Shown: positions 19,117 to 24,000 of the stretch, one piece after another | Numbering within the stretch: the first letter of the stretch is position 1 | How the letters are laid out: every line of letters starts with the position of its first letter | Origin: Thermoplasmata archaeon | GTDB lineage: Archaea; Thermoplasmatota; Thermoplasmata; GCA-020350865 | Assembly: GCA_020348445.1 (NCBI GenBank) | Contig: CP070751.1 | Span: 2,551,447-2,575,446, forward strand | Length of the DNA stretch: 24,000 nucleotides | Direction: 5' to 3' | Program-made: the position numbers and the translations under genes | The notes under the pieces: generated by a model | Database searches by the model: none | What the model was told of the DNA's origin: nothing | Seen by the model: only the letters and a program-made list of their open reading frames with translations

Positions 19117-21654
19117 ATGGGACGGATAGGTAAGAAATTATATGGTACACAAGATATCAAGCAAGCAAATAATAATTTTCAAATATGGATTGTAATATTT
19201 TTGGTTGTATTAAGTTCAATATCCACTCATTGTTTAATAACAAAATCAAAAGCTGCCCCTATCATAATCGATGAGGACAGCAATGGATATTGGGAGGATT
19301 ATTTTGAGGATAACAAAGGGATCGAAACATGGGATAACATAGAACTGAATATGGGTGAGATTCGACTGATGGATATGTTATATGAGAATTTTACAGGACC
19401 TACCGGAACATACCCTGATGATAAAAAATGGGATATCATCCATCAAGGTGGAACTTTTGAAATAAACAATAACCGCATGAGATCCTCTGATTCCCCTCCC
19501 TATGGAACCTGGCACAATATGAAGGTCCAGACAAAATCGGATTTTAAACTGCCACACACCCTCACATGGAGGCAGCAGCTTCAGACCGTTGGAGGTGGTA
19601 TGTATTATCATTTCCGCGTTCAAAATGCATCAAGTGGTAATTCATTGTTGGGTATCTATCAGAATTATTTGGGAAATTACGGAGTTTATAATTACTATAC
19701 CTCAAGTGGAACTTCGATGGGTTCTTCAGTCTCTGGCTGGCACGATTACAAGGTTACCTTCAATGGTGGTTATTTAGAAATTTATATGGATGATGTATTA
19801 AAATTTTCTTATGACTATTTTGATGTGCAATCGGTTAGGTATCAAATCGGTATGGATATACTAGATCCAGCCTCTGCAACAATTTATACTGATGATATTC
19901 AAATCACTTCAGGTATCACATCTGGCAATCTAACCTCCACAGAAATCGTAATCCCAAAGGATCAGACATGGGAATCCTTGGAGGTCGATAAACTGGAACC
20001 GGTAAATGGAAATACTATTAATGTGTCGGTTCTTGATGGCATTACCTTCCTTGCAATTCCGGGATTTGATAATCTCAATGCATCTACTATTAATTTATCC
20101 TCAATTGACCCGACAACCTATCCCACCATACGGTTAAAAGCCCATTTTACAGGATACGACAATCGCACACCAGTTCTTTATGGGTGGAAGGTTACATGGG
20201 CCGATACCATAGCGCCCTCGCCTCCTTCAGGTTTGACTGTAAATGATCCTTATTCTGGTGATTCACTTAATATCAGTTGGGACCCCAACCCGGAGCCTGA
20301 TGTTGTATATTATTATTTGGATTACAGCACCGACAATGTTACATTTTATAGACTTGCCAATATCGATAAGAACACATTCTCATTCATTCATTCAAACCTC
20401 TTAACCGGAATTGAATACTATTACAAAATTGCAGCTGTAGATGAGATACCGAATCAGTCACCGTTTTCAGAGGTGAAGAGCACCATCTTAGACATCGATT
20501 CAGATGGGGATGGTATTGGCAATAGAATCGATGACGATATCGATGGCGATACAGTACCAAATTCCATTGATGAATACCCTTATAACGAAAATGAGTGGAT
20601 TGACTCGGATGGTGACGGTATCGCTGACAATGCAGATTTGGACGATGACAATGACAGTTATGATGATACCATCGATGATTTTCCATTCAATTCAAGTGAA
20701 TGGAAGGATACTGATTGCGATGGTATAGGAAATAACGCTGATCTCGATGATGATAACGATGGAATCCCTGATATCTCTGATATGTATCCCTTCAATGATG
20801 CAAATGATATTGAGGAGAGAATCGATGATCTTTCAGCAGAACTTACCAGCGTAAATGACTCCCTTTTTAATAGGATATCTGAGACCGAAATCAACATATT
20901 GAATAGGTTGGATAACCTCAACTGGAGCCCTATACTGAACTATATCGAAGGGATGAATGATTCTTTATCTTCAGAGATCCAGGATATACTGAACAGTATA
21001 ACAGATGACGTAATCGAATTGAACTCTTCTCTTTCAGATGAATTAACTATGCTCCTTGACAGTCTGAAAAACGATAACGATGCTTTAAGAGCATGGCTTG
21101 AATTGGTAACCAACGAATTGAACTCCCAGTTGACTGCTGCAAGCGATATCCTTTATAACCAATCGAATGAACTGGATGACTCTGATAATAATATTGAAAT
21201 AATCAACAACACCCTGGCGAATCTAACAAAGCTTGATAACATATTATCACAGCTTCTTGATCTTGACAGTGCATTGAAGGATGTTAACGATGATTTAAAG
21301 ACAAAGGCAGAGGATAAATCAAAAGAAGAGGAAATAGAGGATAGGATTCGATTATTGGAATTTTTCATTTTCATTGTGCTTTTATTATTGATCGTTAATT
21401 TAGTAGTGACATCTATCAGTTTATTAAGAAAGAAAATCCAAAAAGATACCAAGATTTCTGAGAGTTATAACAAAGTCGAACCTGAGCCTTTAGAGTCCTT
21501 TACCCTGGCATCAGAACCTGAGGAACCTAAAGAGATTATCAAGGAGAATAAAATCAAAGAAGAGGAACCTACACCACAAACACAATCTACACCCCCTTTT
21601 CCACCTCCCCCACCTCCTCCTCCACCACCTCCAAATGAAGAGGTGATAGAATGA
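19117..21654 (+). CDS. Large type-I membrane-anchored surface protein: signal/anchor, LamG/concanavalin-like jelly roll, beta-sandwich, FN3, TSP type-3-like Ca-binding Asp repeats, long coiled coil, TM helix, and an acidic poly-Pro cytoplasmic tail
   Basis: GGAGGT lies 6 nt upstream of the ATG. Domain evidence:
- WHDYKVTFNGGYLEIYMDDVLKF (LamG-like)
- PSGLTVNDPYSGDSLNISWDPNPEPDVVYYYLDYS...YYYKIAAVD (FN3)
- DSDGDGIGNRIDDDIDGDTVPN / DSDGDGIADNADLDDDND / DTDCDGIGNNADLDDDNDGIPD (DxDxDG repeats)
- a heptad-like Leu/Asn-rich segment of about 180 aa
- TM helix LLEFFIFIVLLLLIVNLVVTSISLL
- tail ..STPPFPPPPPPPPPPPNEEVIE. Confidence 0.7.
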   Translation: MGRIGKKLYGTQDIKQANNNFQIWIVIFLVVLSSISTHCLITKSKAAPIIIDEDSNGYWEDYFEDNKGIETWDNIELNMGEIRLMDMLYENFTGPTGTYPDDKKWDIIHQGGTFEINNNRMRSSDSPPYGTWHNMKVQTKSDFKLPHTLTWRQQLQTVGGGMYYHFRVQNASSGNSLLGIYQNYLGNYGVYNYYTSSGTSMGSSVSGWHDYKVTFNGGYLEIYMDDVLKFSYDYFDVQSVRYQIGMDILDPASATIYTDDIQITSGITSGNLTSTEIVIPKDQTWESLEVDKLEPVNGNTINVSVLDGITFLAIPGFDNLNASTINLSSIDPTTYPTIRLKAHFTGYDNRTPVLYGWKVTWADTIAPSPPSGLTVNDPYSGDSLNISWDPNPEPDVVYYYLDYSTDNVTFYRLANIDKNTFSFIHSNLLTGIEYYYKIAAVDEIPNQSPFSEVKSTILDIDSDGDGIGNRIDDDIDGDTVPNSIDEYPYNENEWIDSDGDGIADNADLDDDNDSYDDTIDDFPFNSSEWKDTDCDGIGNNADLDDDNDGIPDISDMYPFNDANDIEERIDDLSAELTSVNDSLFNRISETEINILNRLDNLNWSPILNYIEGMNDSLSSEIQDILNSITDDVIELNSSLSDELTMLLDSLKNDNDALRAWLELVTNELNSQLTAASDILYNQSNELDDSDNNIEIINNTLANLTKLDNILSQLLDLDSALKDVNDDLKTKAEDKSKEEEIEDRIRLLEFFIFIVLLLLIVNLVVTSISLLRKKIQKDTKISESYNKVEPEPLESFTLASEPEEPKEIIKENKIKEEEPTPQTQSTPPFPPPPPPPPPPPNEEVIE

Positions 21655-24000
21655 TAGGCAATATAAATAACAAGAAATCAATGGCAATTGGTGTTCTTTT
21701 ATTACTCGGTTTTTTAAGTTTGTCATGCATAACCAATTTAGCAAAGGGAGTACCAGTTATCCATGAGGAGGACAGCTATGGAAGTTGGGAGGATACCTTC
21801 AATGATACAACAGGAATAGCCCTGTGGGATAATATCGAAACCTGCGGGTATGGTCTTAAATTGATGGACATGTTCTACGATAACTTCACAGGTTTGGAAG
21901 GAGATCCACCAGACGCCTTGAAATGGGATATTTTCGATGAAGGATATGTACTATGGAAAAGTGGTAATATACTGAGGGTTGAGGCTAATCCCCCGGGATC
22001 ATCCTGGAGAGCTGAGATGATTCAAACCAATGATTCCTTTACAGAAAATCATACCCTCACATGGTCCCAGGTTCTTCAAACTGTAACCAGCGGGATGTAC
22101 TACCATTTCTATATTTCTAATGCCACTGATGGCAGTTGGCTTCTTTGCCTCTATCAGAACTCAGCAGGACAATACATGGTCTGGAACAACATCACATCAT
22201 CAGGTGTGCAAATAGGAACCAGTGTTACCGGATGGCATGATTACAAAGTGGTTTTCACTGATGGTTTCATTGAATTCTATTATGATGGTGTAAAAGAGCA
22301 CGAATATGATTTCCAGGTGGATTCTGTCAGATACCGTTTCGGGATTCTTGTGCAGAGTGCCTGGACCAGATCTCCTCTAGACGAGATCCATATAAGCTCG
22401 GGCATCACAACAGGGAATCTGACATCATCTGAAATCACCCTGCCTTCGGGCTATACCTGGGACTCTCTCTATTTAAATAAAACTGTCATTGGAGATGACA
22501 ATTTCCTGAATGCGACAATTTTGGATGGAGTAACATATCAGCCAATTTTAGGATATGAACATCTCACTGGAGCAAATATCGACATCTCTGGGATTGATGA
22601 GGGGGTGCACCCTACCATACGATTAAGAGCGCATTTTGTTGGCAACGGTACCCACTCGCCCTATCTTTCTGGATGGAAGGTATTATGGACAGATACCATA
22701 GCCCCGGAAAAACCAACTGGTTTTACTGTATCTGATCCAAGGACCGGAAATTCCCTTATTCTTGATTGGAATCCAAATATCGATCCCGATATTGTAAATT
22801 ATGTTTTGTATTACAGTTTAGATAATTCAACATTTATCTGGCTTGCTAATGTTATCTTGGGATCGGAATCATTCACACACTACGGACTTTCCACCCATAC
22901 CACCTACTATTACAAGATCGCAGCAGCTGATGAGATGCCCAATCAATCACCGTTTTCTGATGTGTCATCAGGAATCCCCGATATCGATACCGATTGTGAT
23001 GGCATAGGTAACCTCATGGATGGCGATGATGACGGTGATACAGTTTTAGATTCTAATGATGACTTTCCATTAAATCCCAATGAAAATATCGATACTGACG
23101 GTGATGGAATAGGAAATCATGCAGATTATGATGATGACGATGATAGTTATTTGGATGTGAACGATGAATTTCCATTAAATGATACAGAATGGCTGGATAC
23201 AGATCATGACGGTGTGGGTAACAATATGGATCCAGATGACGACAATGACGGCGTACCCGATATATCAGATCCCAACCCGCTCAGCAATATCAATGACCTA
23301 GATGCAAAAATCGATGCCCTTCTTTTACAAATTTCCACCATCAATGCATCCCTTCAAAGCGAAATCTTGGGTGCTGAGTCAGATATCCTGGGTAAAATAG
23401 ATGAAATCGATAATGCGGACATACTTACCCATTTGAAAGAAACGAATGTTACATTGTATTATGAGTTGCAAAATCTACTGGATAGCATTACAGATGAAGT
23501 CATAGAAATAAATAATTCACTTTCCCACCAACTTACAGCACTTTTGTTAAACATGACTGATGATAATGATGCACTGAGAATATGGCTTGAAATCATCCTG
23601 AACGAGTTAAATACCAATTTAACTGCAACAAATGATTTCTTGGACAATCAGCTGAAAGATATCCAGGATTCGAATCAAAGATTAAGTATTATCAGGAATA
23701 CTCTGGATGATCTTCTAAAATTGGATAATATTCTTTCGAACATAACATTACTAACTCAAACATTACAGGATGTAAACGATGATCTGTCCGAATCCATTGA
23801 AGATAAATCCAAGGAGGAGGATATCGAGGATAGGGTACAGTTTTTGGAGTTGTTAATAATCCTGGTTCTGATCTTAGGTAGCGTTAATCTGATACTTTCT
23901 GTCCTGGTTGTGATGCTTAAAAAATCCGAACCCAAAGATTTGGCATTAAATAAGGGACCGAAAGAAGGAGAACAAACTCAGAAAAAGGATTTAGAAACAT
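21651..24000 (+). CDS. Paralogue of the 19117 surface protein (3' end beyond the window; absent from the ORF track because no stop is reached)
   Basis: The ATG at 21651 overlaps the upstream TGA (ATGA). My translation gives MIGNINNKKSMAIGVLLLLGFLSLSCITNLAKGVPVIHEEDSYGSWEDTFNDTTGIALWDNIE...MDMFYDNFTG, collinear with the 19117 protein. The frame stays open wherever I checked, through ..LALNKGPKEGEQTQKKDLET at nt 23999. It has the same FN3 (YYYKIAAADEMPNQSPFS), DxDxDG repeats, coiled coil and TM helix (LELLIILVLILGSVNLILSVLVVML). Confidence 0.7.
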   Translation, partial: MIGNINNKKSMAIGVLLLLGFLSLSCITNLAKGVPVIHEEDSYGSWEDTFNDTTGIALWDNIETCGYGLKLMDMFYDNFTGLEGDPPDALKWDIFDEGYVLWKSGNILRVEANPPGSSWRAEMIQTNDSFTENHTLTWSQVLQTVTSGMYYHFYISNATDGSWLLCLYQNSAGQYMVWNNITSSGVQIGTSVTGWHDYKVVFTDGFIEFYYDGVKEHEYDFQVDSVRYRFGILVQSAWTRSPLDEIHISSGITTGNLTSSEITLPSGYTWDSLYLNKTVIGDDNFLNATILDGVTYQPILGYEHLTGANIDISGIDEGVHPTIRLRAHFVGNGTHSPYLSGWKVLWTDTIAPEKPTGFTVSDPRTGNSLILDWNPNIDPDIVNYVLYYSLDNSTFIWLANVILGSESFTHYGLSTHTTYYYKIAAADEMPNQSPFSDVSSGIPDIDTDCDGIGNLMDGDDDGDTVLDSNDDFPLNPNENIDTDGDGIGNHADYDDDDDSYLDVNDEFPLNDTEWLDTDHDGVGNNMDPDDDNDGVPDISDPNPLSNINDLDAKIDALLLQISTINASLQSEILGAESDILGKIDEIDNADILTHLKETNVTLYYELQNLLDSITDEVIEINNSLSHQLTALLLNMTDDNDALRIWLEIILNELNTNLTATNDFLDNQLKDIQDSNQRLSIIRNTLDDLLKLDNILSNITLLTQTLQDVNDDLSESIEDKSKEEDIEDRVQFLELLIILVLILGSVNLILSVLVVMLKKSEPKDLALNKGPKEGEQTQKKDLET

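Overview
This is an archaeal chromosomal segment. Evidence: two tRNA genes with introns at position 37/38, an archaeal-type PheRS beta subunit, a fused ADP-forming acetyl-CoA synthetase, an archaeal cis-prenyltransferase, TATA-like boxes and GGAGG/GGTGA ribosome-binding sites. The lineage cannot be fixed from the sequence alone.

Housekeeping content: a variant system-I cytochrome c maturation cluster ccmA-B-C-D-E (3111->353, minus strand), acd, purD, uppS, pheT, tRNA-Leu(UAA) and tRNA-Ser(UGA). There are also several membrane or surface proteins.

The main feature is a co-directional minus-strand cassette (15940->10522) encoding a complete eukaryote-type ubiquitin cascade:
- a 91-aa ubiquitin-like precursor ending ..AGG-WIFQ;
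- an E1 with a UBA-type catalytic Cys segment;
- a UBC-fold E2 with HPN...C;
- an Rpn11/CSN5-type JAMM isopeptidase;
- a 694-aa putative E3 with four tandem catalytically dead E2-fold (RWD/UEV-like) domains between an N-terminal RING-like finger and a C-terminal C4HC3 finger.

Related compact Ub operons are known from Caldiarchaeum and Asgard archaea. To my knowledge the multi-RWD, double-finger, FANCL-like E3 has not been described in them. A KaiC/RecA-like ATPase with a degenerate P-loop lies directly upstream.

Second theme: both tRNA loci are embedded in structured elements that carry partial copies of the tRNA itself, and a shared CGCTTAA motif sits at both 5' junctions.

Third theme: two translationally coupled paralogous giant surface proteins (jelly-roll, FN3, TSP3-like Ca repeats, coiled coil, TM). 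One has a cytoplasmic P11 tail.

All functional calls come from reading motifs in the supplied translations and my own translations. No database search was run.
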